A DNA stretch of 55,075 nucleotides, counting the filler, from Streblomastix strix (Eukaryota), in the NCBI GenBank assembly GCA_008636045.1. It is 3 parts of 3 records of this genome, joined end to end, with 100 filler letters (N's around TTAATTAATTAA, not from the genome) between each part and the next. Parts side by side here need not be neighbours in the genome. Positions count along the whole stretch, not along the records: positions 18,413 to 36,697 come from SNRW01000620.1; positions 36,798 to 55,075 come from SNRW01000621.1; 1 more part is not named here. The stretch is one strand, 5' to 3'. A program made the position numbers and the translations under genes. Under the pieces are notes generated by a model. That model saw only the letters and a list, made by a program, of their open reading frames with translations, searched no databases and was not told where the DNA came from. Below, in pieces: positions 25,520-39,309 of this stretch (its first letter is position 1; each line of letters begins with the position of its first letter).

Positions 25520-26340
25520 TGATCTTATTTTGATGAGATAATTAAATATCAAATTTATTTAATATATAATCGTTTATGATTTAACTTTCGTATCTAACTA
25601 TATGTAAATCCACTCAATTTTAATTATTACTTCTATCCCAATTATTTTTGAAGTTTTAAGTCTTCCGCGATTGCGAATTGCTGATCTTTGCAGAGAAGCA
25701 AAATACCTTTCTGCATCAACATCTGACGGAGAGCTGATTAGTATCATTAGTACAAACTCTGCAAATTAACTGTACTCTTTATTGTCGTAGACAATTTGAA
25801 AATATTCGATTTCATCAAATATTTAGTCCAAGAAATCTGTTTAAGGTAGCTGTTAAGCTGTCATCCACATTTTAAAGAATAAATCATATGGTTGAAGTGA
25901 AGGAGTTTTGTAGAGTTTTAAAATGTACAATTGGTTACAAATACTTGGATTATTTAGATTTTGGATTGACAGAAATTAGTTAGAATTAAAAAGAAACATT
26001 GTACTACCACTGATGAAGAAAAGACAAATCGTTGAACTAAATGAAAAACAGAAGTTAACTCCCACAAAAATATCTAAAAAGGAAAGAGTTCCTTACAAAT
26101 CAGTAATACAAATACTACTACTCAGAAATAACTTTATTTTTGATATTTGGATAACAAATCATTTTTATGCTTTGACTTAATTTTGTAGTGGTCTTTTGTT
26201 TATTGAGTTGCAAAAATGATATTGACGTTTCCATATGAAAGAGTCTGAACTTATTTTAATGCATATTTATAAATAAAATATTAATTAGAATCTTGTTTTT
26301 TTGATAATTTTTGAAGCAAATCTTTCCTTATCGCATAATA
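25520..26340 (-). pseudogene. hAT transposase remnant (C-terminal dimerization domain)
   Basis: YSQFAEFVLMILISSPSDVDAERYFASLQR..RNRGRL resembles the hAT-C motif LA..L.IP.SSA..ER.FS. Confidence 0.55.
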
Positions 26341-29300
26341 ATTATTAAGATATAATTACAGATATAAAAATTTAAAGTTAATCTCTCTTATAAATTTAAA
26401 TTTAGTTAATTTATTTTTTAATTTAAAATTAAAAATAAATTTTAATTTAATGAAAAAATGATAGAATTTAACAATTTTTCATTAAAAATTAAGTCTCACT
26501 GAAATTCTTAATTTTTTCAAATGAATAAAAATTATATTTTATAGAATTCTAATAAATTTCTAAATTAAACTTAAAATCTTATATACAGTAAACTATATAT
26601 TAACTTTTAATCTATTAATAACGAATTTATCAAATTATTTATCTCAACTCACCAATTTGGTTTATATTGGAAAAAAATTAAATATATGACGGTGCTATTC
26701 AAAATTGTCATGATGATAATTATATTCAGAATGTAATAATTAGTATTTCGAATTTAAAAATTTTTCAAAAATATTTTCATTAAATTCTAAGATAATATAA
26801 TTTAACTAATTATTTTAAAATATACTTTTAAAGAGTATAAATCAAACGCGCGAAAAAATAATAACTAATTTAACCAGTTCATAAATAGTATATTTGATTA
26901 TCTAAATTTAAAAATTTAAAATATAAAAATTCGACAGAATTTATGATAGAAGAGATGGAAAATAAGACGGATTAACAATACTCATTTAAGATTCCAAAAC
27001 GTTAAGATTAATAGATCAAAAAACTTGCAATTTGATATTAAATTTCAAATCAAATTTCATTAGTTTCAGTTTAAAAAGAAGAATACCAAAATTAAAAGAT
27101 AAATAACGGTTAATATAAATATATTTGATTTCATAAACAGTAAATAATGGAAAAATTTAAAATTTAAATTTCAAAAACTAGAATTAGGAAGCAAGTAAAC
27201 ATGTTCAAAACGAATAAATTATTCAAGAAAAACTATTGACTTATACATTTTAAGTTAATTTGACATTAAAATAAATGCCTCATTCATTTCTTATTTATGA
27301 TAATTTATTGTGTTTATTGAATCATTGTAACCTATTAATTTTTATATTTTACGCTCCTATTGCGATATACCACCTATAGTTTACATTTGAAAATTTATTT
27401 GGATATAAAATACTATTTTTTAACTATTTTCAAGAACTCACGGTTCAAATTTTAAACTTAGTCTAAATTATTAATTTTATAAACTCTGATTTAAATTTTT
27501 TTTAATTTTTTATCCTTAATTTATACATTTTATCTGTCATGCGTATCGATCATTTTATATAAAATAGTATTTAAATAAAATATTTATATATTATATATTA
27601 TTTTATTATTAGTACATTATTAATTAATAGCTATTTGTTTGGCATATTTTGAATCATTACTATGTATTAATTTTGCCCATTAAATATTGAGCAAAATTAT
27701 TTGGTAAAATTCAAATTTCAATTCGAGTGGTTATGCATTTACAAATACATATTATGTGATGTGAAATTCTCATTTGCACACATTTATTAATCAGTTCATT
27801 AAATTCAAAACTGGCCGAACTGCCAACTGGCCGACATCTTTTTGGTTAACGTCACAATCCAACGGAATCATTATACTCGATACACTTGTTTATTTGAATC
27901 AATTTCTCCATCGTTGACTATCACAATTTTAAATCAACTCGAACTACTCGATGTACATGCGCAAATAACTTCATTTCTCCATGATTCTAGCACATAACAT
28001 CAATCACCTTGTTAGTTTTACACGCTAATCACGTTGCGCACAAATCATTAGATTTGGGTTCGTAATGAAGAGATAAGTGAGTTGCATGAACGACAAAAAT
28101 GACATCACTTTGTCCGTGAACCAATCACAAGACTGATTATTTCAGGTTATGTTATTTATTGTTGATTTCATTAGCGTAAATCATATAGTTTAAGTATTCA
28201 TCTTCAAGTCCTGCACAAGATTGATTAATCATTCTTTTATATCTTTAATCACCACACCCCAACTAATTATTTTGACCATTCAAATTATTTTATAAAAACT
28301 AATATCAAACAATGACATACAACATTCAAGAATCTCAGTAATTTAGAACATAAACACCGTAATTGCTTCACATCAATGTTGACGTGCTTGTGGCCTAAGC
28401 AAATGGTGTTCGTTTTCTATGTTAGGGCTGCGCTCTTTTTACCTTACTACTATGGTAGCATTGTTTTAGCATTGGCATTTCCAGCAATGCTTAATTTTAA
28501 ATTTTTAAATTAAATAATTTTAAGAAATCAGGCCATAAATAATGAATTATTAAAATTTGTTTTACTTTAATTTATGAATAATTTTTTAAAAATAATTTTG
28601 GAAAATATTTTTTTTTAAAAAAAAAATTTATAAATATATTTAAAAAATAATTTAATAGAAAAATTTTAGTTAAATTTTAATAATGTAATAATTTTGCATT
28701 TGAATAAAATTTTGAAAGTAAATAATTATTTAATTAGTATATATAATTCTTATAAAATATTTATTTAATAAATCTCATAACTAGTTATCTTGTTTGGAAC
28801 GTATCAATGGTACTATCAGAACCGGCCCAATATCAATTCGTTTTTGGTTTGGCCCAAAAACATTAAAACACACTATTCTTTAATTATTCCATTGCTTGAT
28901 CTCAATTTCCTATGATTACCTACACGACAATGTTAGAATACTCATTTCTCATTATTTTCTAATCCAATCTTAGCTGACCTAACAATGTCTCTTCCTTATT
29001 CCTCAGTTTGTCCTCGAGATGAACTAAGGTGTCCATATATATAATGTATGGATTATCTGTGGTGTATTCTTTGCATTTACTTAATTATTTAGCTCTTTTA
29101 ACATCGATTTCCCTCAAAAATCACTTCTTCGATTGTTAGTCAATTGGTTCTAATAATTTATCTTTTTCTTTCAAAAATTGTATATAAGTAAATATTCCAT
29201 CAGATTATTTTTTGCTTCAAGTGTAAAACCATATCCACTAATATGTGTCCAGCTTACAAATATACCATTCCTATATAATTCTTAAGGAAAAATATCTATT

Positions 29301-29858
29301 ACTAAAGCTGAGGTTGCTTAACCAAGGTTCAATCTATTTCTTTATATATAAAATATGAAAGAGTAAAACATTAGTTATATTTGCAGTAACAACAAAATAA
29401 GTATTTTCTTTGGCAAATATATATATATATATATATCAAACCTTTGCAAGATGTTTTTTAAGCAATATATGAAGCAAAAAATGAATAAGCGCTAAACAAA
29501 TTCCTTTTGCAAGAAGTAGTACGTTTTGTGATTGAAATAATTAGTTAAATTCTTTTATTTTAGAATTTTATGACGATATTAAAGCGAAGTTCTTAAATCC
29601 AAAATATTAATTATAACATTCAATTTAGAATTCTCATCATGGTTTATTTGAAAGTATTCTTCATATATATTTTTTCAATATAAAGTAAATAGATATGTTG
29701 AAATAAATAGTTTGTTAAATTCATAATTAATAAATTAAGAGTTATTATTTAATTTACTGTTTATAAGTTTTTAAGTGTTATTTAGAAATTTATTAAAATT
29801 CAATAAAAGATAATACTTACCCATTTAGAAAAATTTATTGTAATAGAAAGATTTTTAT

Positions 29859-31440
29859 TTGTTAAATAGAATATTCGGAGTATTTTTACTTGAAACTGAT
29901 GGTAAACTAGCATTGAAAGATAATCTTACGTACTTCTTGGTAATCTTTCGAGTTTCTGCACGACAAAGAATTACTGATCAACGATATATTATACATTTAA
30001 ATCCTTTATATATTTTTCAATTAAATGTTAAAAACCATCTGCTGTAATTGGATCAGTATACAAACAAATAAATACTGCAGGTGCATCCGTTGTTGAAATC
30101 ATTACCTTCAATTAGTATATTATCCAAGAAGTTATTAACAAATATTAATAAATTGATGAACAATTATATGATTATGTTAATAATTAATGGTTGAGCAGGA
30201 AAGAAATGTTCGTATGCGCTTATACAAATCAATACCCTCATCTTGGTGTCACTTCAACATCAAGAGTTGAAGGATATCATGCCATACTTAAAAATTCACT
30301 TAGAGAGTCGAATAATTCAATATTAAATATGTTCAAACATATAGATAAAATATTAAATAGATATGCAATAAAATTAAAATAAACTGTTTCAAATTCAATA
30401 ATAAAGAAGATTGCAGATACTTAACAAATAGAAATTTTTTGATCAATTAATAATTGAGTTTCTAAATTTGCATTGGTAGAAAAGTTAAAATAAAATAATT
30501 TAATAACAAATAATGAAGAAATATGTCAATATAACTTTTAAACTACTATGGAGATTTCATGTCATCACGTACTGCGTGAGATAAGAGATTAAGTATAATA
30601 ATTACATGATCATGATTTTGGATAATAATGGCAATTATATAATGATAGAGTATAAGAAATTATATAATTTTAAATGGAAGATAATTAACAACTAATTATT
30701 TATAAGTATTAGAATAATTTTAATCAAAACTTTAACGACTAAAGTATAAGTGAATAAAATTAATAATAATATTAGTAAAATGAAACAAAATCTTCAAATA
30801 CATAATAATAAAGCAGTTCGAAAGACATATTTCCGACTTTTACTGGATCAATGATCAATAATGATTATAATAATCAGTTAAATATTGAAATAAATAGCCA
30901 ATTCAAATAATATTTGAATTAAAATTAATAATAATAAATCAGTTTCAAAAACGCAAAATAGAAAATGTAAAATAAATAAAAGTAATTAATAATAATTCCA
31001 TAATTTCATTTTTCTCAATCGCAGATTTTTGAAGAAGATAATTCTAATGGGTCATTAATTGAATAGAATATAGTTTTGAAAAATTTTGATAACTAAGATA
31101 ATGAAAATGTATAAAGCAATGATTCAATTAAAATTCGAAATGACAATTTTAATTACAACTGTATGATGAAAAATGAAGTAAAATTGAATGCAAGAAAAAG
31201 AATTAGAAGAGAAGATCAGATTAATGAAAGTTAGACATCATAAATTCAATCTTTAAACAAAATTTATAAACAAATTTATAACTTTTATCTCTTCGATTAT
31301 AAATTGATTCTTCATCCAACCACTCAAGAAATTCTTCTTCATAAAAATTTAATAAAAAGAAAAAACATAAACGATAATATTCTAATAAAGCAAAAAAAAT
31401 GATCAATAATAAGTTCAATAAAATTAAATAAAACCGCTGA
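29859..31440 (+). pseudogene. MULE/Mutator (FAR1-like) transposase remnant
   Basis: ETDGKLALKDNL, YVNNQWLSRKEMFVCAYTNQYPHLGVTSTSRVEGYHAILKNSL and a SWIM-like CQYNFQTTMEISCHH. In-frame TGAs at 30440 and 30455. Confidence 0.8.
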
Positions 31441-31817
31441 ATAATATTAATTTATTTATTTTTTGTTTAAACGATTTTTTTATAAATTCATTGGTAAAAT
31501 AAATGAATTAGTAAATTTATACCTAAATTATTTTAATTTAATCATTAAAAGTTTGTTTTATATTTTATGTCAACTACTATTGATTAGATGAGTTGAAAAT
31601 TATCTTGCTGGATAAAAATTATTTTTTAATCAAAATATCAGCTCTATAAATTTGAATTTATCGTAGGATAAAAAATAAAAACCAATAAAAAATTTGCATT
31701 ATATATTGCTAAGTTATTATATTTATATAAAATTTAATGTACGTTATGTGTGAAATTCAGACATTTTAAAATGATTTTTCCTGACATTTTCACTACGATA
31801 TTCATATATATTGAATA

Positions 31818-34630
31818 CAGTATAAACCGGTTAATTCGACTATCGGTTAATTCGTTAAATGTGATAATTCGTTTATTTGAATTTATAAAAACTTAATTTA
31901 AATTAAAACTATTAAATTATTTTGGTTAATTCGACAATTTTTTTAGATAATTCGTCGAAAAATTTAAAATGTAATTTTATAAATTTATTATGTTAATTAA
32001 AAAAAAAACGAATTAAATTTATTTTTGAAATTAAAGATATTTTTACTTTAAAATATAAAAATTATTTATATTATAAATATATTGACATAATTTTTTTAGA
32101 TTAGATCAAAATTTATACATGAATTATTTTATTATATTTAAAGTTATAATTAACATTATTATTTATTAATATTAAAAAAATTTTATAACTTAATTAATAT
32201 TATTACAAAAATTTCTTTAACTATTACTATTAAAGTTATTACTACGGTCATTATTCACTCTATTTCTGTTACTACCAACTATTTTCAGTTGAATTATTAC
32301 AATTATTATAATTATTTCTATAATTTTATCTATTACAAATATTATTATTTCTTACATTACTTCAACTATTATTATTATTATTAAAATAAATATTAAAAGT
32401 ATAACTATAACTAAAATTACGATTATTACTTTACTAGTCTTATAATTACAATTACTTCAATTACTATTACCATAATTACTATAACTAATAATATTACTAT
32501 AATTTTTATTATTACTACTAATTCTACTATTATTTCTACTACTACCTCTATTACTTCCAATATTGTTACTGCAATTTTCACAACTACATCTGTTTCATTA
32601 AATTCATTTATTACAATTACTACTAAAATTACAACTCATACAACTATTAATATCACTTCTATTAATACAACTATTACTGCTACTACAATTGTTACTAATA
32701 TTACTTCTACTATTTTTTTCAATTAAAATAACAATTACTTCTACAACTATTATTACTACTAATAAAAAACTATTATAAAATTATTATTACTAATATTACT
32801 TAAACTACTGAAATTGCTAATTGAACTTCAACTGGTATTTTAATAGCTATTACTGTTAAAATTTATTCTATAAAAAATATCTCTATTTTTGAATAAATTA
32901 TTACAATTACAATAATTTGTTTAAATTTAATTAATTGTTATAAAATAGTTTATTTTTGAAGTAATATTGAAAAACTTTAAATATTTTTCATTAAATATTA
33001 AATACATAAATATTTGATAATTTATTCAATTAAATTTCGAATTTAACAAAAAAACCACTTTCACATTTGATACTGAATAGCAGTCTTTGCTAATTTATGC
33101 GTAACTTAAATATAATATAATAAATATAAATTAAACTATATTAAATTATAAATTAGAAAATCAGTTCATAATAAAAAATCTAAAATAATAAAAATACTTA
33201 TTTTGTTTATTTCTTCATTATATGATAGGGTAAAAACTTCTTCATTTATAATATAACTAAACAAAAGCGGAAAATGATTAGAACTAAAATAGTTATTTTA
33301 ATTTTATTAAATACTTTATTTATATATCTTTTGACTTTCACATAAAAAGTTAAATATCTTTTAAAATAAAACCTTTTGGCTTCTTTTTAACTTTTAAATC
33401 AGTATATCTCAAAAATAGACTAACAATTTGGATGTTGATGTGAATCTTAAATAATATTTTTAAAATAACTAAATTACTGAAAAATGTAATTAATAAATAT
33501 TAGAAATACTTTTAAATTTTATATCAAAAATTCAAATTACTTTATGAAATCGACATAAAGATGGAAGTCATGAAATTCATAATAAATATCAGCTTCATTA
33601 TTATCTATTGTTGGTTAAATTCCTATATTTATAAAAATATTTTGAGTAAAAAATGTAAAATTTAAATTTAAATTAAATAATAAAAAATTAAAATATGATG
33701 TACTTCTAATCAGAAAGAGATCAACTTATCTTGCCTCATTATATTTAAATTCATATGTATCTTCTAACATTTACAAATAACTTGTGGTGTTATTTATCTT
33801 TCGCTCAATTTATATATATATGTGATAAACTTCAATAATGTCCCAAGAATTTTTATCTAACAATTCTAAAAAAACGTTTAATTTATAAATTTCAGTTGAA
33901 TTTAATAAAAAATTAAATAATATGTACAAATAATTAGAATAATTCAACGTGAATGAGCCAATACAATATATAGTACATTTTATATCTTGTAGCTCAGAGT
34001 CTGCAATTTAGAAAATTATCTCACTTTGACTCTTATCTTCCTCCGGTTCAAACTATCGTTGTTGAATAATTATACCTCGAATGCTTTGAACAATTCCGCC
34101 TCAAAACCTAGAGGCGTCTTTAATAGTAAAATTCTAACTATCAGATTATTCATTGAAAATCATTAAAATTTTAACAAAAAAATTTAAATGTAAATAGATT
34201 ATAATTTAAAAATAAAAGTACTGTCTTTTAATCCAGCACTCCAGTTGAATCTAGATGATTATTTTAATTTTCATCTTTATTCCAATAAGAATTCTGATTA
34301 TTCAGTGCTAATATTAAATTAGCACTTGATGTTGAATTATACATGAAAAATATTGATGATCAATAAAATGAACAATTATTGAAGTTTTTGTACAATGAAT
34401 TTGAAATCAGAAAAATTTTAAAAAAAATTTAACTTATCAAAATTAATTGTTACTAAAATAAAATCATATATTTCAATATATAAATAATAAAAATTTATAA
34501 TACATTTGAATTGTTTCCAAATAAAAATTAATAATTTTTTTAAAGAAAACTTTAATAGTCGCCGAATTATACTTAATTCGACGATGTAATTTTTTGGAAC
34601 AGCGATCGTTGAATTAACCGATATTTTCTG
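31818..34630. mobile_element. Non-autonomous pogo/Tigger-type (Tc1/mariner superfamily) element, 2.8 kb, with TA target-site duplication
   Basis: Left TA|CAGTATAAACCGGTTAATTCGAC; right GTTGAATTAACCGATATTTTCTG|TA. Subterminal GTTAATTCG/GATAATTCG repeats lie at both ends. Confidence 0.7.
32200..32910 (-). repeat. Degenerate (ACT/ATT)n low-complexity tract, Gln-rich on the - strand under code 6
   Basis: Runs of attact/actatt on the + strand read as TAA/TAG codons on the - strand. Confidence 0.55.
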
Positions 34631-36073
34631 TATAAATAAAACTTTTTTATAATATGTAAAAAATATAGATAGGCTAGTTTTTGAGAAAAAATTAAAAAAA
34701 AATTATTTTTTTTTTAAATATTAATAATTTTAAAATTTTTTTATAAAATTATATTTAAAATATAAATGTTAAATTAAATTAATTAAATATTTATCTAATA
34801 AAATTCAACAAACTAAAATTTACTAGAAAATGTTTAATTCCTAATTTTTTTATATTCTATTAAAAATTATAATTATAAATTAATAACTTTCATTAAATTT
34901 TATTTTTATAGTATATTGAAAATTATAAATATATATGAAATGTTATAATTAATTTAGAAAAAACTATTTAATTTTACAAATTCTCATCTGTGATAGTTAA
35001 TAATTTAATTATTAACTTTCTTTAATTCAATATCAATTATTTATAATTTTTTTAATATATATTTAAATATAAAAAAATAAAAGTAACATTTATCATACAG
35101 GATTAAAATTTATTTTTATAAATTTTTATTTAACATATATTTTTTTCTTTTATATTATATTAGTTACATGAATAATTATTAATAACTAACATTAGTTTTA
35201 TTATTCAACATTAAAATCAATACTTTGAAGCTAAATACTCTATATAACATATTTTTTATAAATAGTAACTTGATTTATTTATTAAATCTATATACATAAT
35301 TTTATTCACAATAATTTCCTATTTAATTCAATATAATTATATAAATAATATTTATTTTATTATTGTTTTAAATAGATATATTGATTCTCCTATTGAATAG
35401 TTGAATATTTGGAAAAAAATTTTGCGTAAAAGCAGAAATATAATAACAAAGATGTCATCTTCAAACGACTGTAATATTTTAAAAGTAATAAATTTATCGA
35501 AACATTCACTGATAATTTTGACAAATTTATTGTGATATAATTCATTAATTAACATATTTCTTAATTCAATTGAAGTATAATGAGGTAAATATGCAACTTA
35601 TAATTGATCTAGTAAATTTTGAATCTATTATTTACTCATTTAATTTTTCTTAGCCATTTGTATGTAGGAAAAAAAATCAATTTATTACTATGTCATTTTT
35701 CTGTTCTTTTTATTTTTAATAGATGATATAAGAATTGAAGTCGTTATTAATGTAAATACTATCAATCAAATCATTTAAAGAAGTGCGTTAATTTTCAAAA
35801 ATGAATCATGAATCTTTATATTATGTAACAACATTCACTTTAAACGGATATATGACGATACATTAATTCAAATTCCTTCAAAGATATTGTTAGATTCATG
35901 TATATTGTGGCCGTAAATATAGATGCAAACAAGCTGAATTATTACCTTAAAATATCAATTAATAAAGTGACTACTCAAATTGTATTAACGAAAATTCTGA
36001 TAATGCTTTGCATTATGACTTTTTGAGTTATTAATTTTGAATTATTTTTGTTGATTAATATATTAATTTTGTT

Positions 36074-36306
36074 GTGGAGATTATTGGTACAAATTGCGTA
36101 AATAAATTAGTGCACTCTTGTAAAATAATATAAATAATATTGATGAAATTGTCACCATCCGTGGAGATTATGGGTTTTGTAGGTATTGTGATTTTGCACG
36201 GAGATAATGGTTACAATTAACGCGGCAGAATTATATCTTAGTATTGGAAGTGATTTGGCGCAGAGATTATGGTAACAAATAGCGCAGCTAAATTAATACT
36301 CTCTTG
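36074..36306 (+). repeat. Four degenerate direct repeats with core GGAGATTATGGT.ACAAAT.GCG
   Basis: Copies at about 36074, 36161, 36196 and 36258; the first and last extend to AAATTA...CTCTTG. Confidence 0.5.
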
Positions 36307-36697
36307 GGCAGCCCCTATATATTATTTTTCTTGCCTAATTTATAAGATTTGAACGTGTTTATTAGTTTGCTAATTCCCGTTTTTGAAATAAAAATTTTAA
36401 ATTTCTTCATAATATACTATTTGTGAAATCAAATAAACTTATAGCAACTATTATCCATATGGGCTTGTATTTACAGTAATCGCTAGCTATAGCTAACCTA
36501 TGATAAATAAACTTAAAATAATTTCTATATAATGGTTTTCTATTCGCATATTTGCCGTTTCGGCTTAATTGTGGAGAGATAAAAAATGTCTCCATAGATA
36601 TATTTATAGAAACTCAATATGTTTCAAAGTACTGATTTGAAACATAATATTATACTGTATTAGTTTAATATTAAATATTTATTATTAAATTATTTTT

Positions 36698-36797
36698 NNN
36701 NNNNNNNNNNNNNNNNNNNNNNNNNNNNNNNNNNNNNNNNNTTAATTAATTAANNNNNNNNNNNNNNNNNNNNNNNNNNNNNNNNNNNNNNNNNNNN
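36698..36797. other. Artificial contig linker (N44-TTAATTAATTAA-N44)
   Basis: Same structure as the first linker; the 12-mer is at 36742-36753. Confidence 0.97.
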
Positions 36798-36904
36798 AAG
36801 ATACACATAAATATTATTTTATATAAATATCTTTATAAATGATAAGTTAATATTAATTCTAATTAATTAATCTTATATATTTTTTACTTATTTTATATAT
36901 TTCA

Positions 36905-38803
36905 GAAGAAAGATACTCCAAATGAAGATATCTAATGACTTGCAACTATTTATTAATCTAAAACCAGTTAAGAGATAAAGAATGGTTTAGATCTAACAAA
37001 ATTGGAAATTATACTTGGTGGATCTACAACTGATGGTGCAACTGCACCAGCTGCTGGATTATCTTTGTTTTCTCCAAATAATTATTCAAAATATTTAACA
37101 GGGAAAAATGTAAAACTTTTATATAATAGATGTGCAGACCACCTCCTTGATAGAGCTTTTAGAAATGCTATCTGTCCAAATAAAATCATTGATTAAATGA
37201 TAAATTTAATGAATACAGTAATAAATTCTCTATATTCAATGAATAATAAAAAGGAAATAGAAATATATGCAAGATCATTTTCCAAAACAAGATGGATAGG
37301 TCTATTTTTTTCTGCTAGATAGCTTGTTATGCATAAGAACTAGATATTAAAGTCTAAATTAAAGATTTCTGTATATTCATTACAATTTGCTGAACACATC
37401 TACTATATCACTAAACCGTTGTTTGAAACATTCTCAAAATTAGAGTCAAATACAGCTTCAATTTGTTGTGTCTTCTCTTATATTTAATTCTTACTGTTGC
37501 ATTTAAAGTCATTAATGTAAAATTTATTTAAGTAGGAACCATGGAGGTCATTCATTTAAACTACTAGTAATAATCATTATTATTTTTTTTTAACGGAAGA
37601 TCATTCTGATCTATTTGCAACTGCTTTTGCATTATCGTATCCTGGATAATAACTAATTATATCTGAATCAATTGGTTCTGTTCAAGCTTCAGATTAAAAT
37701 AAAAGTTAAGTATTCGTTAAATTAAATTATATTGATGAATAACTAGCATAATGTTTACCAGATATTGATATTAAATTTCTTCCACTTAATGAAAAGATTG
37801 ATCATACATAATAATTAAAAATCTAAAGAAATAAAGTTGATTCTGCAATTAAGAATATGAAAAGTGATTTAAATATTACAAATTCTAATTGCTTCTATTC
37901 AGATTTTATATAGTAGATTGAATGGAGAGAATGAATTGTCAATTATATTGGAAAATAAGGATTTTGCATATACAAATAAGAAATTAAAGTTTATGCTGAT
38001 GAAATGGAAAAATTAAAATAATAATAAGCTTAAAAGCATGACAGTATTACAAAAACAAGGATAACATTCAAAAAGACTCAAAGTAAAAATTAAGATCAAG
38101 ATGACTTCAATCAAAACCAAATGTAAAAAGATTAAAATGATAACAGGACAGATGAATTAAATATAATTATTAATGAAAGAGAAAGTTCAATATATAATTT
38201 GTATGATAGTACAAGTTAATAAGAACTTAACGTACAATATACGGAAGACTTAGATCCAAATTCAGAAATTGTTTAATATTAAATAAATATATAAGATAAA
38301 GATTTATAAGATGATGAATTAGAATCTCCAAATCAATATATTGAAAATCTTCAATAACAGCAAACAGTATAAATACTTGAATAATAGAATACACCTTTAC
38401 CAATATAAAGAATAACAGGTTAAACTGATATTAATTCTCCTACAGTTACATTTCTTTCAACATAGATAAGTTCACTAATTCCTAAATCTCCTGTAGTTGT
38501 ACATGAATTAGATGATGATGAATCTAAAAAAGCTTCATGGTTTGAAGTTGAAGCGTATAAATTATTATTAGGAAACTATTGCAGAGTTAAAGATTCATTA
38601 TTATTGTTTAATCCTTCGTTTATTGGATGTCTAAAATAAAGGGTAATAGTATGAAATAATGTTTTGCTGATTTTATTTTGAGGATTCTTTCATTACCTGC
38701 TTCAGAAGCAGGCTGTGAACGAATATTCTCAGAAGCAAAGAGAGTTCTGGGTTTATCAAGACATCACATGTCATTATAAACAATTTTTTGTCACTTAGTT
38801 TGA
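36905..38803 (+). pseudogene. hAT transposase pseudogene
   Basis: GSTTDGAT, RCADHLLD (CxxH), KTRWIG and FADFILRILSLPASEAGCERIFSEAKR. In-frame TGA at 37932 and a frameshift near 38615. Confidence 0.85.
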
Positions 38804-38960
38804 CACTATTCACTTCACATAATTAGTTCGCAATTATAATAATCTTATTTATAAATAAATAAAAAGTTTAACAATCGAAAAATACATAAAAATAAAATGG
38901 CAATCCTTATAATCTAACGAAATGTAATATTTAAATAGTAGAAACAGTTTAATCAGAATG

Positions 38961-39208
38961 AAAATGGATTTTTCGGATAAAAAATCATTAATCAGCTCGC
39001 TTCTTGTGCATATCTATAATATAAAATACAATAGTATTGTAAAAACATTGTATAGAAATACTACATATGTATGATTAATCACTTTGTGGTTGTACGCTTG
39101 TACCCTCATCGTCATGACATCAAAATGGATTTTTCGGATAAAAAATCATTAATCTGCTGGCTTCTTGGGCATTTCTATAATATAAAATACAATAGTATTG
39201 TAAAAAAC
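38961..39208 (+). repeat. ~86-bp near-identical direct repeat pair
   Basis: AAAATGGATTTTTCGGATAAAAAATCATTAATC..GCTTCTTG..CTATAATATAAAATACAATAGTATTGTAAAAA at 38961-39046 and 39122-39208. Confidence 0.9.
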
Positions 39209-39309
39209 TTATTTTTAATTTTCATAAAAAAATTTTATTTATTACTTCTTTATTTATTCAACAAAAAATAGATTAATTTTTTTTATTTCTATTTTTTAAA
39301 TTTTTTTTA

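Noticed and set aside
36074..36306. Possible CRISPR-like array
   Set aside because: The repeats are degenerate and irregularly spaced, the context is eukaryotic and there are no cas genes.
18313..36797. TTAATTAATTAA palindromes inside N blocks, and apparent gene neighbourhoods across them
   Set aside because: These are identical artificial linkers joining contigs of near-equal, decreasing length (18312, 18285 and 18278 nt). Cross-gap synteny is meaningless.
37932..37934. TGA = Trp reassignment
   Set aside because: Intact genes use TGG for Trp and end in TGA. In-frame TGAs are found in transposon remnants and apparently decaying genes.
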